From Eledone cirrhosa (Eukaryota), in the NCBI GenBank assembly GCA_964016885.1, contig OZ024741.1:378076001-378140000 (forward strand): 64,000 nucleotides of DNA, written 5' to 3'. Position 1 is the stretch's first letter, and the number at the start of each line of letters is the position of its first letter. Of the stretch, positions 51,501-64,000 are shown piece after piece. Made by a program: the position numbers and the translations under genes. The notes beneath the pieces were generated by a model. It was given only the letters and a program-made list of their open reading frames with translations. It searched no databases and was not told the origin of the DNA.

Positions 51501-54500
51501 ATACCATTCATTTATATATTTATACTCGGATTTCTTTCCTAGAGTGCTTAAATTATTTGTGACTAATCCCGGTATTTTTTTATAAAAAACCGCGATAAAA
51601 TTTCTTTTTGCTGAACTCCTTATTGTAGAGTTTTTTTCGGAATGTTTTTGACTATTGTTTCTTGTAAACAAACATTCGTCTCATTCTGACGTCACTAGCC
51701 CTGTCTTTCCTCATGTGCGTTTTAATTTTCATAATCACGCATGATGGTGAATAAGCCTGTTTTAAAATTCCCTTTTTGGCATATTAATCTGTGAGAAGCC
51801 TGGTTATCGAGTTGAGCTCTGCTGAGGATCGAATACCAGCCGTGACCATCTCCACTGAAACTTTTCCTGGAATAATCTTTAAGACTATACAGAGCATTTA
51901 AAGTTTTTCCAAATTGAAGGATGAGTATTTTAAACTTTATTTATCGTGAGTTAAGTCTCTATTGATTTTCCCCTGGATTTCACTAAATTCTGTGGATGAA
52001 CCTATATTCTGATTCTCTTTGAGATGAGCTTGGATTATTTTTCCCATATCTTATGTTAACTATTGTTCCCATTTTGACGCTATAGTCACTTATATATTAT
52101 TGAATACTGTTAATTTTAGGCTACAATTGTTTTCTATACCTTTCATTTATATATTTATACTCGGATTTCTTTCCTAGAATGCTTAAATTATTTGTGACTA
52201 ATCCCGGTATTTTTTCATTAAACACCGCGATAATATTTCTTTTTGCTGAACTCTTTATTGTAGAGTTTTTTTCGGAATGTTTTTGACTGTTGTTTCTTGT
52301 AAACAAACATTCGTCTCATTCTGACGTCACTAGCCCTGTCTTTCCTCATGTGCGTCTTATTTTTCATAATCACGCATGACGGTGAACTAACCTGTTTTAA
52401 AATTCCCTTTTTGGCATATTAATCTGTGAGAAGCCTGGTTATCGAGTTGAGCTCTGCTGAGGATCGAATTCCAACCGTGACCATTTCCACTGAAAGTTTT
52501 CGTGAAATAGTCTTTAGGAGTATACAGAGCATTTAAAGTTTTTCCAAATTGTAGGATGAGTATGTTAAACTTTATATTATCATGAGTTAAGGCTCTATTG
52601 ATTTTTCCCTGGATTTCACTAAATTCTGTGGATGAACCTATATACTGATTCTCTTTGAGATAAGCTTGGATTATTTTTCGCATATCTTATGTTAACTATT
52701 TTTCCCTTTGTGACGCTATAGTCACTTATATATTATGGAATACTGTTAGCTTTAGGCTACAATTGTTTTCTATACCTTTCATTTAGATATTTATACTCGG
52801 ATTTCTTTCCTAGAGTGCTTCAATTATTTTTGACTAATCCCGGTTTTTTTTCATAAAAAACCGCGATAATATTTCTTTTTGCTGAACTCCTTATTGTAGA
52901 GTTTTTTTCGGAATGTTTTTGACTATTGTTTCTTGTAACCAAACATTCGTCTCATTCTGACGTCACTAGCCCTGTCTTTCCTCATGTGCGTTTTATTTTT
53001 CATAATCACGCATGATGGTGAATAAGCCTGTTTTAAAATTCCCTTTTTGGCATATTAATCTGTGAGAAGCCTGGTTATCGAGTTGAGCTCTGCTGAGGAT
53101 CGAATACCAACCGTGACCATCTCCACTGAAAGTTTTCGTGAAATAATCTTTAAGACTATACAGAGCATTTAAAGTTTATCCAAATTGAAGGATGAGTATT
53201 TTCAACTCTATTTTTTCATGAATTAAGGCTCTATTGATTTTTCCCTGGATTTCACTAAATTCTGTGGATGAATCTATATCCTGATTCTCTTTGAGATGAG
53301 TTTGAATTATTTTTCCCACATCTTAGGTTAACTATTTTTCCCATTTTGACGCTATAGTCACTTATATATTATGGAATACTGTTGGGTTTTCGCTAGAATT
53401 GTTTTCTATACCTTTCTTTTATATATTTATATTCTGATTTCTTTCCTAGAGTGCTTAAATTATTTGTGACTAATCCCGGTATTTTTTCATAAAAAACCTC
53501 GATAATATTGCTTTTTGCTGAACTCCTTATTGTAGAGTTTTTTCGGAATGTTTTTGACTGTTGTTTCTTGTAAACAAACATTCGTCTCATTCTGACGTCA
53601 CTAGCCCTGTCTTTCCTCATGTGCGTTTTATTTTTCATAATCACGCATGATTGTGAACAAGCCTGTTTTAAAATTCCCTTTTTGGCATATTAATCTGTGA
53701 GAAGCCTGGTTATCGAGTTGAGCTCTGCTGAGGATTGAATCCCAACCGTGACCATCTCCAGTAAAAGTTTTCCTGAAATAGTCTTTAAGACTATACAGAG
53801 TATTTAAAGTTTTTCCAAATTGAAGGATGAGTATTTTCAACTTTATTTTTTCATGAATTAAGGCTCTATTGATTTTTCCCTGGATTTCACTAAATTCTGT
53901 GGGTGAATCTATATCCTGATTCTCTTTGAGATGAGTTTGAATTATTTTTTCCCACAGCTTAGGTTAACTATTTTTCCCATTTTGACGCTATAGTCACTTA
54001 TATATTATGGAATACTGTTGGCTTTTCGCTAGAATTGTTTTCTATACCTTTCATTTATATATTTATATTCTGATTTCTTTCCTAGAGTGCTTAAATTATT
54101 TGTGACTAATCCCGGTATTTTTTCATAAAAAACCTCGATAATATTTCTTTTTGCTGAACTCTTTATTGTAGAGTTTTTTTCGGAATGTTTTTGACTGGTG
54201 TTTCTTGTAAACAAACATTCGTCTCATTCTGACGTCACTAGCCCTGTCTTTCCTCATGTGCGTTTTATTTTTCATAATCACGCATGACGGTGAACTAACC
54301 TGTTTTAAAATTCCCTTTTTGGCATATTAATCTGTGAGAAGCCTGGTTATCGAGTTGAGCTCTGCTGAGGATCGAATTCCAACCGTGACCATTTCCACTG
54401 AAAGTTTTCGTGAAATAGTCTTTAGGAGTATACAGAGCATTTAAAGTTTTTCCAAATTGAAGGATTAGTATTTTAAACTTTATTTTATCATGAGTTAAGG

Positions 54501-57500
54501 CTCTATTGATTTTTCCCTGGATTTCACTAAATTCTGTGGATGAACCTATATCCTGATTCTCTTTGAGATGAGTTTGAATTATTTTTCCCATATCTTATGT
54601 TAACTATTTTTCCCATTTTGTCGCTATAGTCACATATATTATGGAATACTGTTAGCTTTAGGCTACAATTGTTTTCTATACCTTTCATTTATATATTTAT
54701 ACTCGGATTTCTTTCCTAGAATGCATAAATTATTTGTGACTAATCCCGGTATTTTTTTATTAAAAACCGCGATATTATTTCTTTTTGCTGAACTCTTTAT
54801 TGTAGAATTTTTTTCGGAATGTTTTTGACTGTTGTTTCTTATTAACAAACATTCGTCTCATTCTGACGTCACTAGCCCTGTCTTTCCTCATGTGTGTTTT
54901 ATTTTTCATAATCACGCATGACGGTAAACTAACCTGTTTTAAAATTCCATTTTTGGCATATTAATCTGTGAGAAGCCTGGTTATCGAGTTGAGCTCTGCT
55001 GAGGATCGAATACCAGCCGTGACCATCTCCACTGAAACTTTTCCTGGCATAATCTTTAAGACTATACAGAGCATTTAAAGTTTTTCCAAATTGAAGGATG
55101 AGTATTTTAAACTTTATTTATCGTGAGTTAAGTCTCTATTGATTTTCCCCTGGATTTCACTAAATTCTGTGGATGAATCTATATCCTGATTCTCTTTGAG
55201 ATGAGTTTGAATTATTTTTCCCACATCTTAGGTTAACTATTTTTCCCATTTTGACGCTATAGTCACTTATATATTATGGAATACTGTTGGGTTTTCGCTA
55301 GAATTATTTTCTATACCTTTCATTTATATATTTATATTCTGATTTCTTTCCTAGAGTGCTTAAATTATTTTTGACTAATCCCGGTATCTTTTCATAAAAA
55401 ACCTCGATAATATTGCTTTTTGCTGAACTCCTTATTGTAGAGTTTTTTTCGGAATGTTTTTGACTGTTGTTTCTTGTAAACAAACATTCGTCTCATTCTG
55501 ACGTCACTAGCCCTGTTCTTCCTCATGTGCGTTTTATTTTTCATAATTACGCATGATGGTGAACAAGCCTGTTTTAAAATTCCCTTTTTGGCATATTAAT
55601 CTGTGAGAATCCTGTTTATCGAGTTGAGCTCTGCTGAGGATCGAATTCCAACCGTGACCATCTCCACTGAAAGTTTTCGTGAAATAGTCTTTAAGACTAT
55701 ACAGAGCATTTAAAGTTTTTCCAAATTGTAGGATGAGTATTTTAAACTTTATTTTATCATGAATTAAGGCTCTATTGATTTTTCCCTGGATTTCACTAAA
55801 TTCTGTGGATGTACCTATATCCTGATTCTCTTTGAGATGAGCTTGGATTATTTTTCGCATATCTTATGTTAACTACTTTTCCCTTTTTGACGCTATAGTC
55901 ACTTATATATTATGGAATACTGTTAGCTTTAGACTACAATTGTTTTCTATACCATTCATTTAGATATTTATACTCGGATTTCTTTCCTAGAGTGCTTAAA
56001 TTATATTTGACTAATCCCGGTATTTTTTCATAAAAAACCGCGATAATATTTCTTTTTGCTGAACTCCTTATTGTGGAGTTTTTTTCGGAATGTTTTTGAC
56101 TATTGTTTCTTGTAAACAAACATTCGTCTCATTCTGACGTCACTAGCCCTGTCTTGCCTCATGTGCATTTTATGTTTCATAATCACGCATGATGGTGAAT
56201 AAGCCTGTTTTAAAATTCCCTTTTTGGCATATTAATCCGTGAGAAGCCTGGTTATCGAGTTGAGCTCTGCTGAGGATCGAATACCAACCGTGACCGTCTC
56301 CACTGAAAGTTTTCGTGAAATAATCTTTAAGACTATACAGAGCATTTAAAGTTTTTCCAAATTGTAGGATGAGTATTTTAAACTTTATTTTATCATGAGT
56401 TAAGGCTCTATTGATTTTTCCCTGGATTTCACTAAATTCTGTGGATGAACCTATATCCTGATTCTCTTTGAGATGAGCTTGGATTATTTTCCCCATATCT
56501 TATGTTAACTATTTTCCCCTTTTTGACGCTATAGTCACTTATATATTATGGAATACTGTTGGGTTTTCGCTAGAATTATTTTCTATACCTTTCATTTATA
56601 TATTTATATTCTGATTTCTTTCCTAGAGTGCTTAAATTATTTTTGACTAATCCCGGTATCTTTTCATAAAAAACCTCGATAATATTGCTTTTTGCTGAAC
56701 TCCTTATTGTAGAGTTTTTTTCGGAATGTTTTTGACTGTTGTTTCTTGTAAACAAACATTCGTCTCATCCTGACGTCACTAGCCCTGTTCTTCCTCATGT
56801 GCGTTTTATTTTTCATAATTACGCATGATGGTGAACAAGCCTGTTTTAAAATTCCCTTTTTGGCATATTAATCTGTGAGAATCCTGTTTATCGAGTTGAG
56901 CTCTGCTGAGGATCGAATTCCAACCGTGACCATCTCCACTGAAAGTTTTCGTGAAATAGTCTTTAAGACTATACAGAGCATTTAAAGTTTTTCAAAATTG
57001 AAGGATGGTTATTTTAAACTTTATTTTATCATGAATTAAGGCTCTATTGATTTTCCCCTGGATTTCGCTAAATTCTGTGGATGGACCTATATCCTGATTC
57101 TCTTTGAGATGAGCTTGAATTATGTTTCCCTTATCTTATGTTAACTATTTTTCCCATTTTGACGCTATAGTAACTTATATATTATGGAATACTGTTAGCT
57201 TTAGGCTACAATTGTTTTCTATACCTTTCATTTATATATTTATACTCGGATTTCTTTCCTAGAATGCTTAAATTATTTGTGACTAATCCCGGTATTTCTT
57301 ATTAAAAACCGCGATAATATTTCTTTTTGCTGAACTCTTTATTGTAGAGTTTTTTTCGGAATGTTTTTGATTGTTATTTCTTGTAAACAAACATTCGTCT
57401 CATTCTGACGTCACTAGCCCAGTCTTTCCTCATGTGCGTTTTATTTTTCATAATCACGCATGACGGTGAACTAACCTGTTTTAAAATTCCATTTTTGGCA

Positions 57501-60500
57501 TATTAATCTGTGAGAAGCCTGGTTATCGAGTTGAGCTCTGCTGAGGATTGAATCCCAACCGTGACCATCTCCACTAAAAGTTTTCCTGAAATAGTCTTTA
57601 AGACTATACAGAGTATTTAAAGTTTTTCCAAATTGAAGGATGAGTATTTTCAACTTTATTTTTTCATGAATTAAGGCTCTATTGATTTTTCCCTGGATTT
57701 CACTAAATTCTGTGGATGTACCTATATCCTGATTCTCTTTGAGATGAGCTTGGATTATTTTTCGCATATCTTATGTTAACTATTTTTCCCTTTTTGACGC
57801 TATAGTCACTTATATATTATGGAATACTGTTAGCTTTAGACTACAATTGTTTTCTATACCATTCATTTAGATATTTATACTCGGATTTCTTTCCTAGAGT
57901 GCTTAAATTATATTTGACTAATCCCGGTATTTTTTCATAAAAAACCGCGATAATATTTCTTTTTGCTGAACTCCTTATTGTGGAGTTTTTTTCGGAATCT
58001 TTTTGACTATTGTTTCTTGTAAACAAACATTCGTCTCATTCTGACGTCACTAGCCCTGTCTTGCCTCATGTGCATTTTATTTTTCATAATCACGCATGAT
58101 GGTGAATAAGCCTGTTTTAAAATTCCCTTTTTGGCATATTAATCCGTGAGAAGCCTGGTTATCGAGTTGAGCTCTGCTGAGGATCGAATACCAACCGTGA
58201 CCGTCTCCACTGAAAGTTTTCGTGAAATAATCTTTAAGACTATACAGAGCATTTAAAGTTTTTCCAAATTGAAGGATGAGAATATTCAACTTTATTTTTT
58301 CATGAATTAAGGCTCTATTGATTTTTCCCTGGATTTCACTAAATTCTGTGGATAAATCTATATCCTGATTCTCTTTGAGATGAGTTTGAATTATTTTTCC
58401 TACATCTTAGGTTAACTATTTTTCCCATTTTGACGCTATATCACTTATATATTATGGAATACTGTTGGCTTTTCGCTAGAATTGTTTTCTATACCTTTCA
58501 TTTATATATTTATATTTTGATTTCTTTCCTAGAGTGCTTAAATTATTTGTGACTAATCCCGGTATTTTTTCATAAAAAACCTCGATAATATTGCTCTTTG
58601 CTAAACTCCTTACTGTAGAGTTTTTTTCGGAATGTTTTTGACTGTTGTTTCTTGTAAACAAACATTCGTCTCATTCTGACGTCACTAGCCCTGTTCTTCC
58701 TCATGTGCGTTTTATTTTTCATAATTACGCATGATGGTAAACAAGCCTGATTTAAAATTCCCTTTTTGGCATATTAATCTGTGAGAATCCTGTTTATCGA
58801 GTTGAGCTCTGCTGAGGATTGAATTCCAACCGTGACCATCTCCACTGAAAGTTTTCGTGAAATAGTCTTTAAGACTATACAGAGCATTTAAAGTTTTTCA
58901 AAATTGAAGGATGAGTATCTTAAACTTTATTTTATCATGAGTTAAGGCTCTATTGATTTTTCCCTGGATTTCACTAAATTCTGTGGATGAACCTATATCC
59001 TGATTCTCTTTGAGATGAGCTTGAATTATTTTTCCCTTATTTTATGTTAACTATTTTTCCCATTTTGACGCTATAGTAACTTATATATTATGGAATACCG
59101 TTAGCTTTAGGCTACAATTGTTTTCTATACCTTTCATTTATATATTTATACTCGGATTTCTTTCCTAGAATGCTTAAATTATTTGTGACTAATCCCGGTA
59201 TTTTTTTTATTAAAAACCGCGATAATATTTCTTTTTGCTGAACTCTTTATTGTAGAGTTTTTTCGGAATGTTTTTTACTGTTGTTTCTTGTAAAGAAACA
59301 TTCATCTCATTCTGACGTCACTAGCCCTGTCTTTCCTCATGTGCGTTTTATTTTTCATAATCACGCATGATGGTGAACAAGCCTGTTTTAAAATTCCCTT
59401 TTTGGCATATTAATCTGTGAGAATCCTGGTTATCGAGTTGAGCTCTGCTGAGGATCGAATTACAACCGTGACCATCTCCACTGAAAGTTTTCGTGAAATA
59501 CACTTTAGGACTATACAGAGCATTTGAAGTTTTTCCAAATTGTAGGATGAGTATGTTAAACTTTATTTTATCATGAGTTAAGGCTCTATTGATTTTTCCC
59601 TGGATTTCACTAAATTCTGTGGATGTACCTATATCCTGATTCTCTTTGAGATGAGCTTGAATTATTTTTCCCTTATTTTATGTTAACTATTTTTCCCATT
59701 TTGACGCTATAGTAACTTATATATTATGGAATACTGTTAGCTTTAGGCTACAATTGTTTTCTATACCTTTCATTTATATATTTATACTCGGATTTCTTTC
59801 CTAGAGTGCTTAAATTATTTTTGACTAATCCCGGTATTTTTTCATAAAAAACCGCGATAATATTTCTTTTTGCTGATCTCCTTATTGTAGAGTTTTTTTC
59901 GGAATGTTTTTGACTATTGTTTCTTGTAAACAAACATTCGTCTCATTCTGACGTCACTAGCCCTGTCTTTCCTCATGTGCGTTTTATTTTTCATAATCAC
60001 GCATGACGGCGAACTAACCTGTTTTAAAATTCCATTTTTGGCATATTAATCTGTGAGAAGCTTGGTTATCGAGTTGAGCTCTGCTGAGGATTGAATCCCA
60101 ACCGTGACCATCTCCACTAAAAGTTTTCCTGAAATAGTCTTTAAGACTATACAGAGTATTTAAAGTTTTTCCAAATTGAAGGATGAGTATTTTCAACATT
60201 ATTTATACAAAATTAAGGCTCTATTGATTTTTCCCTGGATTTCACTAAATCCTGTGGATGAATCTATATCCTGATTCTCTTTGAGATGAGCTTGAATTAT
60301 TTTTCCCTTATTTTATGTTAACTATTTTTCCCATTTTGACGCTATAGTCACTTATATATTATGGAATACTGTTAGCTTTAGACTACAATTGTTTTCTATA
60401 CCATTCATTTAGATATTTATACTCGGATTTCTTTCCTAGAGTGCTTAAATTATATTTGACTAATCCCGGTATTTTTTCATAAAAAACCGCGATAATATTT

Positions 60501-63500
60501 CTTTTTGCTGAACTCCTTATTGTGGAGTTTTTTTCGGAATCTTTTTGACTATTGTTTCTTGTAAACAAACATTCGTCTCATTCTGACGTCACTAGCCCTG
60601 TCTTGCCTCATGTGCATTTTATTTTTCATAATCACGCATGATGGTGAATAAGCCTGTTTTAAAATTCCCTTTTTGGCATATTAATCCGTGAGAAGCCTGG
60701 TTATCGAGTTGAGCTCTGCTGAGGATCGAATACCAACCGTGACCGTCTCCACTGAAAGTTTTCGTGAAATAATCTTTAAGACTATACAGAGCATTTAAAG
60801 TTTTTCCAAATTGAAGGATGAGAATATTCAACTTTATTTTTTCATGAATTAAGGCTCTATTGATTTTTCCCTGGATTTCACTAAATTCTGTGGATAAATC
60901 TATATCCTGATTCTCTTTGAGATGAGTTTGAATTATTTTTCCTACATCTTAGGTTAACTATTTTTCCCATTTTGACGCTATATCACTTATATATTATGGA
61001 ATACTGTTGGCTTTTCGCTAGAATTGTTTTCTATACCTTTCATTTATATATTTATATTTTGATTTCTTTCCTAGAGTGCTTAAATTATTTGTGACTAATC
61101 CCGGTATTTTTTCATAAAAAACCTCGATAATATTGCTTTTTGCTGAGCTCCTCATTGTAGAGATATTTCGGAATGTTTTTGACTGTTGTTTCTTGTAAAC
61201 AAACATTCGTCTCATTCTGACGTCACTAGCCCTGTCTTTCCTCATGTGCGTTTTATTTTTCATAATTACGCATGATGGTGAACAAGCCTGTTTTAAAATT
61301 CCCTTTTTGGCATATTAATCTGTGAGAATCCTGTTTATCGAGTTGAGCTCTGCTGAGGATCGAATTCCAACCGTGACCATCTCCACTGAAAGTTTTCGTG
61401 AAATAGTCTTTAAGACTATACAGAGCATTTAAAGTTTTTCCAAATTGAAGGATGAGTATTTTAAACTTTATTTTATCATGAGTTAAGGCTCTATTGATTT
61501 TCCCCTGGATTTCACTAAATTCTGTGGATGAACCTATATCCTGATTCTCTTTGAGATGAGCTTGAATTATTTTTCCCTTATCGTATGTTAACTATTTTTC
61601 CCATTTTGACGCTATAGTCACTTATATATTATGGAATACTGTTAGCTTTAGACTACAATTGTTTTCTATACCATTCATTTAGATATTTATACTCGGATTT
61701 CTCTCCTAGAGTGCTTAAATTATTTGTGACTAATCCCGGTATTTTTTTTATTAAAAACCGCGATAATATTTCTTTTTGCTGAACTCTTTATTGTAGAGTT
61801 TTTTTCGGGATGTTTTTGACTGTTGTTTCTTGTAAACAAACATTCGTCTCATTCTGACGTCACTAGCCCTGTCTTTCCTCATGTGCGTTTTATTTTTCAT
61901 AATCACGCATGACGGTGAACTAACCTGTTTTAAAATTCCATTTTTGGCATATTAATCTGTGAGAAGCCTGGTTATCGAGTTGAGCTCTGCTGAGGATTGA
62001 ATCCCAACCGTGACCATCTCCACTAAAAGTTTTCCTGAAATAGTATTTAAGACTATACAGAGCATTTAAAGTTTTTCAAAATTGAAGGATGAGTATCTTA
62101 AACTTTATGTTATCATGAGTTAAGGCTCTATTGATTTTTCCCTGGATTTCACTAAATTCTGTGGATGAATCTATATCCTGATTCTCTTTGAGATGAGTTT
62201 GAATTATTTTTCCCACATCTTAGGTTAACTATTTTTCCCATTTTGACGCTATAGTCACTTATATATTATGGAATACTGTTGGCTTTTCGCTAGAATTGTT
62301 TTCTATACCTTTCATTTATATATTTATATTCTGATTTCTTTCCTAGAGTGCTTACATTATTTGTGACTAAACCCGGTATTTTTTCATAAAAAACCTCGAT
62401 AATATTGCTTTTGGCTGAGCTCCTAACTGTAGAGTTTTTTTCGGGATGTTTTTGACTGTTGTTTCTTGTAAACAAACATTCGTCTCATTCTGACGTCACT
62501 AGCCCTGTCTTTCCTCATGTGCGTTTTATTTTTCATAATCACGCATGACGGTGAACTAACCTGTTTTAAAATTCCATTTTTGGCATATTAATCTGTGAGA
62601 AGCCTGGTTATCGAGTTGAGCTCTGCTGATGATTGAATCCCAACCGTGACCATCTCCACTAAAAGTTTTCGTGAAATAGTCTTTAAGACTATACAGAGCA
62701 TTTGAAGTTTTTCCAAATTGAAGGATTAGTATTTTAAACTTTATTTTATCATGAGTTAAGGCTCGATTGATTTTTCCCTGGATTTCACTAAATTCGGTGG
62801 ATGAAACTATATCCTGATTCTCTTTCAGATGAGTTTGAATTATTTTTCCCATATCTTATGTTAACTATTTTTCCCATTGTGACGCTATAGTCACTTATAT
62901 ATTATGGAATACTGTTAGCATTAGACTACAATTGTTTTCTATACCATTCATTTATATATTTATACTCGGATTTCTTTCCTAGAGTGCTTAAATTATTTGT
63001 GACTAATCCCGGTATTTTTTTAATAAAAAACCGCGATAAAATTTCTTTTTGCTGAACTCCTTATTGTATAGTTTTTTTCGGAATGTTTTTGACTGTTGTT
63101 TCTTGTAAACAAACATTCGTCTCATTCTGACGTCACTAGCCCTGTCTTTCCTCATGTGCGTTTTATTTTTCATAATCACGCATTATGGTGAATAAGCTTG
63201 TTTTAAAATTCCCTTTTTGGCATTTTAATCTGTGAGAAGCCTGGTTATCGAGTTGAGCTCTGCTGAGGATCGAATACCAACCGTGACCATCTCCACTGAA
63301 AGTTTTCGTGAAATAATCTTTAAGACTATACAGAGCATTTATAGTTTTTCCAAATTGAAGGATGAGTATTTTCAACTTTATTTTTTCATGAATTACGGCT
63401 CTATTGATTTTCCCCTGGATTTCACTAAATTCTGTGGATGAACCTATATCCTGATTCTCTTTGAGATGAGCTTGAATTATTTTTCCCTTATCTTATGTTA

Positions 63501-64000
63501 ACTATTTTTCCCATTTTGACGCTATAGTAACTTATATATTATGGAATACTGTTAGCTTTAGGCTACAATTGATTTCTATACCTTTCATTTATATATTTAT
63601 ACTCGGATTTCTTTCCTAGAATGCTTAAATTATTTGTGACTAATCCCGGTATCTTTTTATTAAAAACAGCGATAATATTTCTTTTTGCTGAACTCTTTAT
63701 TGTAGAGTTTTTTTCGGAATGTTTTTGACTGTTGTTTCTTGTAAACAAACATTCGTCTCATTCTGACGTCACTAGCCCTGTCTTTCCTCATGTGCGTTTT
63801 ATTTTTCATAATCACGCATGACGGTGAACTAACCTGTTTTAAAATTCCATTTTTGGCATATTAATCTGTGAGAAGCCTGGTTATCGAGTTGAGCTCTGCT
63901 GAGGATTGAATCCCAACCGTGACCATCTCCACTAAAAGTTTTCCTGAAATAGTCTTTAAGACTATACAGAGTATTTAAAGTTTTTCCAAATTGAAGGATG
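36537..64000. repeat. ~635-bp satellite array, ~43 head-to-tail units, extends past the window end
   Basis: Periodic recurrence of CATTCTGACGTCACTAGCCCTGTC. ORF-track stops are spaced 631-638 bp apart (e.g. 42233, 42864, 43498; 48579, 49213, 49847). The array starts abruptly after (TA)n. Confidence 0.98.

Noticed and set aside
36537-64000. CRISPR array or tandem RNA/histone gene cluster
   Set aside because: The whole 635-bp unit repeats with no unique spacers. I see no tRNA, 5S, snRNA or histone signature, and the context is eukaryotic.

Overview
Eukaryotic, AT-rich, repeat-dominated DNA with no host gene that I can support. The SINE types and dense (TA)n/(CA)n microsatellites suggest a cephalopod/mollusc genome such as Octopus (inference only). 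1-13 kb is a nest of decayed transposons with (TAA)n tracts at most junctions: three Tx1/L1-clade LINE copies, an R4/Dong-type RLE retrotransposon and a Chapaev3-like DNA transposon. 13-36.5 kb holds tRNA-derived SINEs, an internally inverted RTE LINE fragment, non-autonomous Helitrons, a ~525-bp tandem repeat and two Penelope-like elements (PLEs, Naiad-type). One PLE has ~380-bp inverted termini carrying a hammerhead-ribozyme-like fold. The same region has about seven short fold-back palindromes built from PLE-like ends; most carry hammerhead-like motifs at or near the apex. 36.5-64 kb is one ~635-bp satellite array (~43 units, running off the window end) with nested higher-order duplications, a recurrent 98-codon minus-strand ORF and a near-invariant TGACGTCA motif. 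The best candidates for something undescribed are the hammerhead-anchored fold-backs, (TAA)n co-targeting by Tx1 and Dong elements, and the satellite. All alignments were done by eye and boundaries are approximate.
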